Part shown: one piece after another, positions 36,006 to 60,759 of the stretch
Layout of the letters: each line of letters starts with the position of its first letter
Position numbering within the stretch: the first letter of the stretch is position 1
DNA from: Hormiphora californensis
Taxonomy: Eukaryota; Animalia; Ctenophora
NCBI GenBank assembly: GCA_020137815.1
Contig: CM035362.1
Span: forward strand, 2,914,001 to 2,978,000
Length of the DNA: 64,000 nucleotides
Reading direction: 5' to 3'
Made by a program: the position numbers and the translations under genes
Notes under the pieces: model-generated
Told to the model about the DNA's origin: nothing
What the model saw: only the letters and a program-made list of their open reading frames with translations
The model's database searches: none

Positions 36006-37108
36006 ATGTTAATTTTGTTAACCTTTGTTAATATTAAACATCGAGAGAAAACAGGTGATTTATTAACAAAATTAACAAAAAGTTAAACAAACGTTAACAA
36101 CATGCCATTATGCCATCTAATCCCTTTAGCACGTATTTTAGTATTTAACACTTGTTCTGCGAGCAAAGTTGTTCATTCTGTACGATTTACATACCCCTAC
36201 TACCTCTACTGCGGCTTTTCTACAGCGATTTATTCCATTTTGTAAATGTTAATAAATACTAGCTAAACTAAACCGCAATTGAAGTCAAATGACCCTAATC
36301 CACATTTTCGCACCCTAAAAACTAAATAAGACTCATGAATTTACCTTCAAACGAAAAATATCCCAAAAATCTATTTTTCTAAAAAAACACAAGGATTTGT
36401 AGCGAAGCAAATTTTCAATCCTTGACCAAAAAATTGATTTTGGGAAAATTTTATTTCTTTTTTCAACAGAAACGTTGTACATCATCTTATTAAGTCCAAA
36501 GAATCGATTACTAATTTAAAAATTACGTTTAAGTGAGATTTTATACGCTAAATTGAAATATTTGTAACTTTTGGAATTTTATCGATTTTGAGCCAAAAAA
36601 CCTGTATGTCGGTCTTTGGTTATCGGAAAAGGCCTTGTTTGGGTATATATGTGTTAGATAATTCATTAAACTATAAAATTAAACCAGTTAAAGTCGTATT
36701 ATCAACCAATAAGAACAGTCTTTTAGCATTTGTTAATTTTGTTAATTTTGTTAATTAACGTTAATTAACAAAATCGAAAAAAAGAGGTGATTTATTAACA
36801 ATTAACATGTCCCCCCCCCCCCCCCCCCCGGCCCAACAGTGATATTCACTATTATCTCTATCTCACATTCTTAACACCCCTATTTCTTGCCATGCTACGC
36901 AGTCTGTCTGTTCGGCTCGGGTGTGTCACTTCGGCCCGGTGTGAGAGCTGACAGGCAAGGAACATGTCAACCTATTTCAGGTCAGGATGTGGTGGCGATG
37001 GATAAGACTTCTGGGAAGTGGGATGATAGTTATGGGTTCTGGCAGCGGCCCTTTGCTTGCTACTGTCCTGGTAAAGCCAAGAAGAACAAGAAGACCATAA
37101 GGAACTAA
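33975..37108 (+). CDS. Secreted protein with one Ig (I-set-like) domain followed by a C-type lectin domain, 6 exons
   Basis: Signal peptide MTRFLVFTLLLG|AVVS. Ig motifs SLKIECAAYGLPAPLVYWVKG and EDIDYYTCVV. CTLD motifs NWTDAYAYC, AVPSSEEENSAL, VWMGLTD, YYNWMDKQPDN and GKWDD...PFAC. Exons ~33975-34008, 34302-34405, 34600-34972, 35127-35227, 35442-35574 and 36981-37108 have consistent phases. Confidence 0.8.
34154..34230. mobile_element. ~65-85-bp MITE CTGTCAG...CTGACAG; other copies at 43115-43188, 61988-62066, 62639-62724 and 63802-63865, partial at ~35926-35972
   Basis: 8-bp TSDs GCTAACCC, GTACA(C/T)AG and CTCTGTGT; internal direct repeat GTCAGAGCATTGGCCTGAC. Confidence 0.8.
35553..35690 (+). 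repeat. 23-bp tandem repeat x6 spanning an exon/intron donor site
   Basis: Unit TGGGAGAGACACGAC(G/A)TAACAGG. Confidence 0.95.
35735..35905. repeat. ~35-bp tandem repeat (~5 copies)
   Basis: AACTTTCCCACTTTGACCCATCTTATCTCTAAGAA-like units. Confidence 0.8.
35973..36829. mobile_element. 857-bp poly-G/poly-C-terminated element (last intron of the Ig-CTLD gene)
   Basis: GGCCCAAC|G31-ACATGTTAATT...AATTAACATGT-C19|GGCCCAAC; subterminal TTGTTAA/TTAACAA repeats. Confidence 0.8.
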
Positions 37109-37142
37109 AGAGTTGGATGCTACCGGTAAATTGTGGGAAGAC

Positions 37143-37207
37143 ACTATCTGGCGGCGCCAGACCCCAATTTGATTCTCAAATCAGATGGGGTCGGTGGCGC
37201 CCGACAG
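37143..37207. mobile_element. Small palindromic MITE of the CT(G/A)TCTGGCG...GACAG type; relatives near 37346-37413, 38041-38093 and 45188-45275
   Basis: GGAAGACA flanks both sides; GGCGCC...GGCGCC stem. Confidence 0.55.
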
Positions 37208-38465
37208 GGAAGACAACGTTAGCTAATAATTTGATTAACTGTGATGTCGTGGTAGAAACAGATTAGTGGGGATTCGTTTCAGTCTTCCAAATTGTTTTTC
37301 CACCTTTCAAAGATTTCGGAAGATGACATTGTTTCTGTTGTTTACTGTCTGGCGGTACCCTCCCGATCTGAGTGCACTTTCCAATCAAAACGGGGTCTGT
37401 CACCGCCAGACAGTGAGATCTCCTATGTATTACACCCTCCTTCGTTTTACCATCGACCACCCCTTTACACAGCAACATGTCATGTGCCCTAACATTGGCA
37501 CCTCATTCTTCCCGCTGACCCCATTGGCCACATAATTGTCAACTAAATATTACTCGTCCGTCAGTTCATTATGCCGGGGAGTTTAAATTTAATATATTAT
37601 TCTCTCAACCCTCATGCCTCATGGAATGATTGACACGGCAAATGATGTTGATGTACAACAATTTAAATGACCGCATATGTCAGGACGGGGGTAAACCTCA
37701 TAGTAGGGGACACTATCATGGTTACGCACTGTAATTACAGGTGTTTTTCACATGCGTGTCCCCTACTATATCATTCAAACATGAAAAACACGGGGATTTT
37801 TTAACTAAATATAAAACATATGTTTAATAAACATTTTGGAATAATATTAATACACCTTCCTTTTTAGCTTCCTTTTTTCAAACCCTTGCCAACTTTCAGC
37901 TCACACACTCGAGCTCTCGATTCACATCACACGAGACAACCCTTGTTGATATCAAGAAAGTTACCGTATATTGATAGGCGTATCAACTTGATATGCTCCT
38001 TGACAGGGAAAGTGTCTACTATTCTCATTCTCCCACTCTACTGTCTGGCGGCGCCAACCGAATCGAAACGGGCTCTGGCTCGATTCCAGACAGCTCACTC
38101 CACACGTAAAATGTAAACTTCTAGAAAATAAAAGGAACTCTTTCAAATCTTGAAAAACTACTCTCAGGCTGGGCCCAGACTAAAGAACCCAGGGCCCTTA
38201 ATAGACCGCAAATATATAGGAAGATTCCTGAACTAATTATATAGTCCGCCCTCTACCGACTTCATACTCTAAAAAACAAAAACAAATATATGTGACGTTG
38301 CAATATACATAACATGATAAACTCGCTCTCTTCAAATCAACAAATCACTAAAATATAAGTCGTGGGCTAAAAATAAATGTCTGTTATACTCTGTATCTTT
38401 CTCTCGATCTTTCTTTCTTTCTTCAAGTTCATCCCTTTAGTTGAACTCTCTATCTCTTTCACTCT

Positions 38466-50051
<11,586 letters not shown>

Positions 50052-50313
50052 GGGGGGTTGCAAAGTCAATGATTCTTATTTCCTTGGGTAAATGTATATA
50101 ATTCACGGTAAACAACAGGAACCGACCGACACAATTAAACAACCAATCAGAACTCGTTATTTAGGTCACGTGACTGGCTATCAGCCAATCAGGGACCAGT
50201 ATTTTCTGATTCGGTCGGTTCCTGGTAAACAAAGATGAAAGAATGATAATATATTCTTGATCTGCAGACCCATATTTTTTGGGTTGAACTATTTTGTATT
50301 TAATTGGGTGGGA

Positions 50314-50413
50314 NNNNNNNNNNNNNNNNNNNNNNNNNNNNNNNNNNNNNNNNNNNNNNNNNNNNNNNNNNNNNNNNNNNNNNNNNNNNNNNNNNNNNNN
50401 NNNNNNNNNNNNN
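50314..50413. other. Assembly gap (100 N)
   Basis: Run of n. Confidence 1.
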
Positions 50414-50926
50414 GGGGGGGGTTTCCCCCGGGGGGGAGGATTCTAAAAAAAATTTAAATTATTATGAGGGGCTAGGGGGTCTCAATATATAAATCTACAG
50501 TTCAAAGGGGGGGGATTCCGGGGAGAATTCAAAGAGGAAAAAAAGGGGAAAAACAGAAAAAACTATTATATATTCATAAAGGATTTGGGGGTGTGGAATT
50601 AAACCCGTGGTGGCAATGCCACACCCCCAAAGACCGGTTTTCTTGAATAATAATTCTTTCTTGGAAGGGAAAAAGAGGGAGAGATAGAGATTTATATAAC
50701 AAGCAGCAAGAGATATAATGATGGCAATGATGAGTTACTTCACCTCAGGCCCTCTTCATGTTTCCTCAGAAGTTGAAATGAAGAAATATCTTGAGAATTT
50801 TAAACAGGTACATAGTAAGAGAGCCTTTCGTCAGTTCTGTCTTACCTGTACAAAATTCTGATGATCTATCAGTTCAGCAGAAAAATTAATAGAGAAATAA
50901 AATCGAAATTCAACCGGGGAGAGAGA

Positions 50927-50979
<53 letters not shown>

Positions 50980-53900
50980 GCTAGTTGAACACATGGCGGG
51001 GGTTAAATTCAAGCACCTCAGTTACAATACGGTTACGCAGATTACCAGTTATACAGATTTACCGTTTACTATTAGACTCAGTAGTAACAATCCGAAATAA
51101 TCCAGAATTGCGGCGTGTTTGTCGTCATCAGATAACAATAATAATTATAGTGACCGCCACATCCACCAATAGAAGCCCAAACATATGTATCTCTCCCTAG
51201 TTAAAGTAACAATCTCTCTATCTGAATTCCGGGAACTCGAATAACTATACTATATGGGGGAAGCAAAATAAGCCAAAAAGGGTTTCAAGAGACAGAAAGC
51301 CTCCTCACCACCCCAAACCCACCCCCCAACCCCCACCAAAAACAAAAAAATTGGAGGACCAAAAAAAGGATCCATGTGTGTGTTTGCCAACAATTGTATC
51401 CCCCAGAATCCCCCCCCGCTCCTCCCCACCCCCCCCTTCTCTATCAAAAAAACAACCTTTTCTCTCTCTCTTCCCTTTAACATGAACCCCTTTAACAAGA
51501 ATGGGGGAAAAAAAGCTGACAACATGGCATTATCACGTGGCATGCAGCTATCAGGCTATAGGGGGTGATCCCCTTTTCAGACTCTCCCCTCTCCCCAGTT
51601 TTAAAAAAAATCTTCCCTCTCTCTCCATAGTTACAGTAACAATCTCTCCTCCCAGTGTGGTGAGGATCTATAATGGGGGGAAGGGGATTACCGGTGCCCA
51701 TAGCAATCAAATCCTGCACCCACGATATTCCGCGGAGTGGGAGAGGGACAGATAGAGGGAGAGAGAGAGTGAGAGAGAGAGAGAGAGAGAGAAGAGAGAG
51801 AGGAGAGGGGAGAGAGAGCCCAGAGAGAGAAAGAGGGGAAAAAAAGGGGGAGGGGGGAAAGGGAAAAGGGAAAAGGAATGGGAGGAGAAGGGCCGAGTTT
51901 AAAGGGGGGAGGAGGGCCACCACCGCAAATACAAAGAAACATATTTTCTGAGGGCGGACGGGGGAAGCAAAGGAAAACTTTTTAAAGGGGCACTGCAGTA
52001 GAGCCCCGGGAGAGAGAAAAAAGAGGGGGGAGGAGAGGGAGAAGAGGGGAGAGGAAAGAGAGAAGAGAGAGAGGGTGAAGGGAGAGAAAGGAAGGAGAGG
52101 GGGAGAGAGAGAGGGGGAGAAGGATGAAGACCCAAGTGATAAGCTTTGGGTAGGCTATGGGGTTTGGGGCATTTTTAAATTTGTGCATTACTGCTACAAA
52201 AAGCTGGCAAGAAAAAATAGAGAGGGGGGGGGGGAAACAAGGAGAGAAAGGGAAAAGGGAGAGAGACCCCAATCTTCTGGTGACCAGTTTGTCAAGCAGA
52301 GGACGGTCTTAAATATGAGACAAGAAGAGTTCCCTCACTTCACTACTTCCACCAAGCCGATATGTAAATCATAAAATGTAAAATATATAATGGTTATCAT
52401 AAAATGTAAAATATATTAACATAAGCGTCTGTCATTGTGAGCTAGAGTTAATATGTAACTATAACGAAGGCCAGAGACGAATATCACAGACAGCTAGCAA
52501 GAAATAGAGAAAGAAAACGAGATGGAGACATAGTGAGCGAATTAATGGTCATAACTAGAGATAGTAATAGGTATAAGCGCCTGAGAACTCTCCAGCGTAT
52601 ATAAAGACAGATAGATAGCAGTCCAACAGTAGTTTTCAGACATTTATATAAGATTCAGCTCATCAAGCTTATAGAGCAGTAATTTGGTGAACAAATCGTC
52701 ATCATACAAGCCTATCTAAAAAATGGAAGATTATGCAACATGGTCTTTATAATCTCCAACTTAGTTGGACAGGATCTTTACTAAGCTTTTGGTTTTACCT
52801 AGACAAAAGTTTACAAGATTAAATTTAAATGGCCGGCTATTCTATACCTTCATTCAAAGTTCTTAGTGTATTCCGAGCTCTGGGTCTAACAGTGCTGCTT
52901 GCAGTGGGAATACGGTGTCTGAATAATACGGTATCTGACCATTACGGTTTTTGAAATACATATATATTTCAGTGTCGACAGGACACACGTGACGTCAATC
53001 TGGCGCTCTGATTGGTTAAGTCTTACCGTTTTTCACTGATACCGTGTTGAACTGATACCGTATTCTCACTACAAGCACCCATGTTAACTCAAGGATGGAC
53101 TAGTAGGCAGACACCTGAGGGACATTGCTGATCTACCAACCCAGGGTATTCGTATGTTCATGAAAAAAAAATCGCAAAATTCGGTTACTCAAATTCTCTT
53201 TTATCTTATTTCACGGCTTACACCTAAACAATTGAAACAGTAGAAGAATATTCCCTGGCCCCACACAACCGGGACGACTTGTGCAAGCCTTGCGACTAGA
53301 TAGAGCTAGAGGTCGTCGGTCGCAAGCCGCCCCTGGCTTGTTTTTCACGATTTTAAGGGGTTGGTTTGGGGCGCCGTCACGATCTGGCTCCCAAATTCTG
53401 GATGTTTTAAGGCCTGTTTACAGGTGCACCCTGCCAAAAAAGTATACTGCACTAAATTGGCTCTAGCCACCTAAACTACTCAACAGTTTTGGCTAATTCA
53501 GTTATTTATCTGATAGTAAATCTCAAGCCATAACCCTAAGTCGGACTTAGTAAGTCCTAACCCCCAGCCCTAACCCGCCTTAGCCTCAACCCTAAAACCG
53601 TGAGTGCTGAAACTCAGGGACGGAGCTGGGCCTCCGGTGTGGGTTAAAATTCCCCACAAATACGGCCAGGGGTGCAGCCGTGGCGGGGTGTAGGGGCAGA
53701 GCATTCGCAGGCCGCACGCAGAGCCCAGTAACACTCAAAACTCCCAGATTTTAACATTTCCCGTTTGTTTGGGCAAAAATTCGCGTCGCGTTTGCTGAGC
53801 TCAGCGAAATTTTTAATAAATAATCTGCGCGCACGTAGAGATTGTTTGCGATGCATCGTACGCCGCGCCGCGCGCATGTCATAAACGCGATCTGAAATAT

Positions 53901-54599
53901 TAAAAAAAAATCTTGTTCAAAAAAAATCTTGTTCATGTTCAAATTGAAAAGCGCTGCCTTATCCCGCGCTATCGGGGGCCAGCAACGTTTGCCAAATGTT
54001 CAAACAGCAATCCGACAATACCGGGTTCCATGATGGATACGAGGGTACTCTCGACACTTCGGTGTTGTACCACTTTGCAGGTTCACTCTGTGACCGATCG
54101 TGGTGTGCGTTTATTATCTGAGACCCCGGTGTCGGATTGCTGTTTCTTGTTCATGTTGTTGTTTTTCATTTTTGTCGCTTCCCGATCCCAGTTTTGATTG
54201 TTTTGCTTCCTTTTTCGCGTTTTTTCCCACTTTTGACTCTCTTCCCAGTTCCCTTTAAAAAACGAGTGCTGACTGCTGCATCATCCTGTACTGCAACGTA
54301 TAAAAAGGGTCTCCGGCCTTTTCTAGAAACTTCTCTACAAACCCTAAACGCTCATTCACAATTTTAGAAAAGGCCAAATCTACTGCATTGGCACGATTCA
54401 GTTTTCCTCTCCCGGCTGTTAATGTTATAAGATCCCAACCGAACTACTACCAGTCAAGTAGAACCTCCTCTCCCGCATCGTCAACACGGTGTGAACCACT
54501 GCACCGAGGTGCAATTTGCTGGGAAACAGGGTAGAAGCAAGGCAAGGTGCAGCACTCGCAATGGTGCAGCGGAGGGGTGCTGTAGTGAAGTCTCTTCGT

Positions 54600-55931
54600 A
54601 TGGTGGATAGTGATATGTGGACGTTCAGAGGAGAGGGAAAGACTGGACTTGTTGTGTCAAATAATAACGGATTGGTAGGTCAAATTTAATTAAATTATAA
54701 TTTCAAAATGATTTCTGTTGATATGACGCTTGTATTTTTTGTTGTTGTTTAATTCATGATACTGTTTAGGTTTTAAAGCTGAAGAAGGGGATTTTAGAGG
54801 AAGATTATTTAGCTTTATACAAACGAAATCAGCAATACGTTCAGAAATGTATCGCCCCAGCCTTCGGATCTTTTCTTTGCTATGGGCAGGTGAGTAAAAA
54901 TAAATTTTTCCAATTTATGATATTAGGTCTTTCTCTTTATTTGGGTGTTGTACTAATTTTAATGTACTAATTTTATCTACAGGTTTGTCGCCTACCATCG
55001 GATTTTGCCGGACGAATCACTAGTATGATTCCGAATAGACGATTCTCTCTGAAAGACACAGTTATTGATACTCGCTGCCCCTACGCCCTACTCATGCCTG
55101 ATGCCTGTTCTATATCCGGACATACGGACACTATTACAATAGAAATCAAACCTAAATCCTACTTTCGAACGCTCGGAGAAAGCCAGCCCCCTCTCAAATG
55201 TTGTCGATTTTGTTCAAACATTGAAAAGCGGTTCTTGAAGGGTGGCCTAAAAACCCAAACCCAGTACTGTCCAAGGGATCTTTTTTCTGGTCGTCACGGT
55301 CGGGTTGCACGTGCAGTTGCTGCCCTTCTGGCTGAGCCGCTGAGCTATTTGACTATACATAAATCAGGAAAAAGAGTATTAGACGAGGAAACATCGTCAC
55401 TCGAGGAGATAATCGGTTCAGGACTTTTTAGAAGTCGAAAGGAACTTGTGTCTGTTGTAACGAACATTCTTATGACGAAACAACACCCGGGCAAGGGTAG
55501 TGTACTCGAAGGTGATAGAGGCAGCACAGCGGCTCAACCCTCACTCCATTGCTGCATCTTTGTGACATGGAGAAAAACGGTATCAGATCGAGGTGTGGAC
55601 ATTGATGAACAAATGGCAGCTTTGTTTGGGGTTGAGGAATGTGAACTGAAATTCCCTGAACTCACTCCCACCCTGGAGAACTTGCTGAATTTTCAGTGTT
55701 TCAAACATCGCCCAGGATGTGAGTGTGATGATAGCCATTGCTCCTGAATCCAGGGACCCGGGTAGTCCAGAGGGTAGGAGCATGGTTGTTAACGGAAGGG
55801 TGTTTTCATATAAAGTTAGTATAGTTGATGTAGATTTTAAGAGTGTTAAAAAGTTACCCGTATATTTGAAGCAGGAACAAGGCCTTCAAATGAAGGCGGT
55901 GAAAAAAGACGATAACATCGGGGAGAGTTAG
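54600..55931 (+). CDS. IPPK: Inositol-pentakisphosphate 2-kinase, 3 exons, with frameshift(s) in exon 3
   Basis: Exon 1 WTFRGEGKTGLVV; exon 2 54770-54889; exon 3 from 54984 with TIEIKPK, CRFC and YCPRDLFSG. The C-terminal motifs AQDVSVMIA and YKVSIVDVDFK lie in a different frame. An in-frame upstream ATG is at 54561. Confidence 0.8.
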
Positions 55932-58900
55932 ATAAACGTGGGAAATTTTTCAATCTTATTTCTGGTGTGTTTAGTTTTTAGTTGTAGGGTAATTTATCTT
56001 TGATTTTAGATTTGTTGTGTATTAGGAATTACAGTAAAACCTCGATTTGCCGGAAGGAAAAACATTACCCAAATTAGGATTTCTTAGTCTATTTCACCTC
56101 TATGATTAGCCGCGTATAAAACCTCTTCCCCGGTAAATCGAGGTCTGACTGTATAGGAATTGCAATCTATCTTTTCAGTCCAAACAGCAGGAACCGACCG
56201 AATCAGGAAATACTGGTCCCTGATTGGCTGATAACCATTCACGTGACCGAAATAACGAGTTCTGATTGGTCGTTTACTTGTTTCGGTCGGTTCCTGCCAA
56301 ACAGGTATTATTTTCTACTTCTGTTTTTTCGTACTTGGTTCATAATAAGTACAGTTGGACCCCGATTTATCGGCCTTTGATTTACCGGAACCCCGACTTA
56401 TCAGAATGATATATATTCCCTCCAACATTTCACGCCGATGTAATACCGGCAACATTTCTTTCCCTCGACAATCCCAGTAAATCCGGGTCCGACTGTACAA
56501 GATCAATTTTTTTAAAGAAAAACTTTCCTTTTAGTTTTTATCTCCCTTTTTCAATCTGATATAATAAGTAAAAAGTATAGTTAATGTTTACATCGTGTGT
56601 GAAACAAACTCCCCGGAGTACCTTGGTACTTGTGCCAGCAAAAACTGAAAAAGAGATTGTACTCAACTGTTCTAGATTGATTTTGAAGCGTTTCTTTTGA
56701 AATTATCTTGTGAACCCTTTTTAAAACTGAAAAGCTCTGTTATTCTACTCCAGTCTGTGTGAAAATATTATATTATTTCAAGAATTTATACAGGTCATGT
56801 ACAGTGAATCAATCTATTACCTATGTTGTATAATAGGTGTTCTGTATTATGTGTGTAGTGTGTTCAAATAATTGTAATTAAGTACATTATGTATTGTTCT
56901 AATTCTTGATATAATATATAGCATCTCTTATTAGAAATAACAATCAGCGTGTTTTAATTCCTAACCGGTCGGGCAGTATAGTAATGGGGGTTGGAACACC
57001 GGGAGTGTGTGTTTTCCTGGTCGAATATCCAAAAGGCCAAGAATATGATCCGTGTGTGAGGCTTTGACTAATTGTCAGAAAATGAATCTGTCATCATCCG
57101 CGTATAATAGTCAGGCCCCGATTTACCAGACGGATAGACTTCCCCGAACTTGGATGATCTAGGTATCTTCGGTTTTTGTATTTACACAAAAGAGATGTCC
57201 TAAAGTCTTCTTTAGGCCAAAGAAGCTTGGCAAGATACCAGCCGCTCCTACACACACAAAAGAGAGACCGTGATCCCGTCATCACATTGGAACAGGAAAC
57301 CAATGTCTTCCGTTGGTTACGAAGTCACCCCTGTTATTATATTGCATATTTGCGGAGGGGTAATATCATTACCAATGTCTTCCGGGGGGGGGGGGGGGGG
57401 GGTATGTCTTCCGGATTTCCAGACTGCATTGTTTCCGTATTATACCACACCCTGACAACATGAAACATATAGTGCTGCAGTTGTGCCATAGAATTACTGA
57501 ATTACCGTTACGCTTCCGTACTGTGCAGCGAGAGTGTGTGAGAGAGAGAGAGGAACAGAAAGGGAAATAAACGTCCATAGGGAAATGCGTGCCCGGAAAT
57601 GCATTTATTACATGTATTGTAATTGTATATTAGAAGAGATGTTACGGGTTAAATAGCCTGTGTAATTATCAAATATCAATGTCAAGGAAGGTTAAGGAAT
57701 TTTAGTAAGACGTGCCAACACGATAATTGGATAAATAGATGTGAGGTGGCGTGAACCAGGGTGTTATATCTCGCCTCAACCATGCATTTCACCGCGTAAA
57801 GGAGGGTTAGAACATATAACAAGTTATATCATAACAAGCAATGAATTATACCGGGTGATAATCCCAAAATTGACTTGAGGCACAATGGGGGTAAAACATT
57901 GGTTACGAAATAACCCCTCTCAGGCGACCTTCACGCGCGCTGGCAAGGGGTCACTTCGTCAAACAGAGTGTGAGGTGTCTTCGTTACCGAGGTAAAACAG
58001 GGGTGGATCCAGGTCCAAATAAGTGGGGTGACATGGCCCTGAGCCCACGTTAGCATTTTCTGTTTGTCCTTCTTTTATCGCTTCAAAATTAAGTTTATAC
58101 GACTGAAAAAACATTCATTCTGCGGCACTGGGTGCATTACAAGCTCCGCTCAGTTATATCATTAATCTTCTGAGAGTGATAGGAAAATTCCTGCGACTGT
58201 TATGGAATCTGGGCCAAATTAGATCTCTGCAAAAATTATATATCACGTTGATTCGATTTAGGTCGCCAACTTGGTCTAGCCCCTTCCGTGCACCGGTACT
58301 GTAAGTGTAAAGAAGGCACGTTAGAACATAACAAGCCTCTTCACTAATGAAATCCAACTGCACGATAATATGTAACATGAACGACTGGATATGGGATATG
58401 TGATAGAGAGATGATATCGTCCGATCATAGAAACTGCAGGATTTATTGTAATTGAATCGGAGGGTCTATTTTCATATTTTTCTAAAGAAAATGCCATTTT
58501 CTTGATATATATCATACCTACTCCATCACTTTTAACTTTGTTTCCCATTTCACAACATTATCTCACTACCTTATCTAATATCTGTTGTTAAACAGGTTTA
58601 TTGGCTTAGCCTACTACATATCACACAACATTATATGGTCACAAATGCCAGAAAATGTCACAGTTCACTGCCTGGTTAATTCTGTTTATTATGGGAGTGG
58701 TGGCCTGACAATTGAGGAATGAGAGTATTGGTGCATGACCTAGACCTATCATATAACGCAAATCCAAAACTTGAGTTTCTCGAATGTGGTGGCACATATT
58801 GGCCAGTTGGGCTATAGCAGTTGATCACGTCATATTAATTGTTAACTCAGTGAGAGTAATGGTTTCTCGAATGTCGATGACCGATATTTTAAAAGGGAGT

Positions 58901-59887
58901 TGAGTAGCATATTCCCTTCTAAAGAACGAATAGTATAAAGAACATCTTATGTAATTGAATATGTTGAATTTTGGTAAGGATAATTTATGACGGCAAACCC
59001 GACACATAATTTCATGCGGGTGGGTTTTGGAGAATATTGAATTTAAAAGAAAGAATGAAAACTTAATATTGAAGAAAAGATAAAATAGGGCACATGTAAT
59101 GTAATTAGGGCGGGGCTAGGCTAACAAGACTTCATGAGGCTCAACATGAGGTGACCCTGTAAGCAATGCAAGGGTTCAAAGGGGGGACTTGTTGAATAAG
59201 CCGGACTCCTTAGTCAATATAACGGAGGACAAGGTTCTCTCTTATCCAGGTGTGAGTTGTGAGTTGTTGAGAAAGGCAGTTACTCCCCTGTGAGGTGACC
59301 TAATTCACTGGAAACTGGAAATATATATATATCAGGATAGATGCTAGATCACTGCACAGGGGCCACCCCCTCCACATGTCTCCACCACGGATGGTGCCAT
59401 GCAGCTGATCCGGAGAGTGGACTACATGCTATTTAATTTTCACGGGGGTAAATCAGCTGCTCCATGGCAGAGTACACAATGTACAAAAAGTGTGAACAAT
59501 TTGTGGTGGCAACCTTCCAATTTTCTCTCTCTCTCTCCCTGAACAACAATTACACTGGTGTATTTAAATTGAATAGAGGTGTGGTACACACAAGCAGGAA
59601 GTTGCCTATCATTATATTACCTGGGAGATATCTTTGGTTGGAAACTGCAGTCAGGTTGATCTACCGAACCCTCACAATGCGGTGGGAGCCGCACAATGGT
59701 ACATCAGGATATATGAGCAATTAACATAACTGTCCGGCGAGCCGTTCAGAGTTGTTGAGTAAGGGGTGGCATGTTTGATGTCCGCCTCTGTCCACAAGAT
59801 CAGAGCGCACTAAGTCGCCGCCAGATAAAAAGGGCACATAAGAGATTGTCATACTACGTGTTACCTTCGCACATGCAGTTCCAAATA

Positions 59888-60514
59888 CAGGGTGTTCATT
59901 TTGGATCTTTACAAGCGTTGGGCTTCACCCAGAAAAAAGTTGACAAGATTAGGTCATGAAACTTCATACTTGGACTATTCTATACCCTCATTCAAGGTTC
60001 CTGGGGGTTTTGGAGCTTTAGGACCCTGGGAAGTGTGTTTTTAGCATCAAAACTACCAGAAGGAATTTTTTGCTGGTGCTGAGACTTTGCTAAAATGTTT
60101 TTTGGGTATTTTATATGTCAATCCTAAAGTTTCATAGGGATTGGATGTGTTTTTCAGACTCAAATTTCGTAAAAAGTGGCTGGAACGACTCAATTTTAGC
60201 CGTTTTGAGCTGTTTTCGAGCCTTTCCAGCACTTTTATCGAAATTTTGAGTCCGAAAAACACATCCAATCTCTATGAAACTTTAGGATTGACATAGAAAA
60301 TACCCAAAAAACATTTTAGCAAAGTCTCAGCACCAGCAAAAAATCCCTTTTGGGAGTTTTTTATGCCAAAAACACCTTCCCCCGGGGCCTAAAGCCCAAA
60401 CCCCCAGGAAACCTTGAATAGGGGATAAATGTCCCAAAATTAAATTTTAGACCCATTTGTCAATTTTTTCTGGGTGAAGGCCAACGCTTGTAAAGATCCA
60501 AAATGAACACCCAG
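59888..60514. mobile_element. Palindromic mariner/Tc1-like MITE
   Basis: TA|CAGGGTGTTCATTTTGGATCTTTACAAGCGTTGG...CCAACGCTTGTAAAGATCCAAAATGAACACCCAG|TA. Confidence 0.8.
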
Positions 60515-60713
60515 TACATTAGTCGGTTCAGAGAGTCCTGTGAGACAAGCATTAGATGTCGGTTCAGAGAGTCCTGTGAGACAAGCATAAGATGCCGGTT
60601 CATTGTGTCGCAATTAAAAGGAATATATGAATTCAGCTTAGGTTGAAATTATCATTGGACATGAGGAAGGAATTATACGTGATGTAGTAATGTATTCACA
60701 TTACGTGTGTTGG

Positions 60714-60759
<46 letters not shown>

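Noticed and set aside
53530-53600. Interstitial telomere-like CCCTAA repeats
   Set aside because: Only a few degenerate, non-tandem copies.
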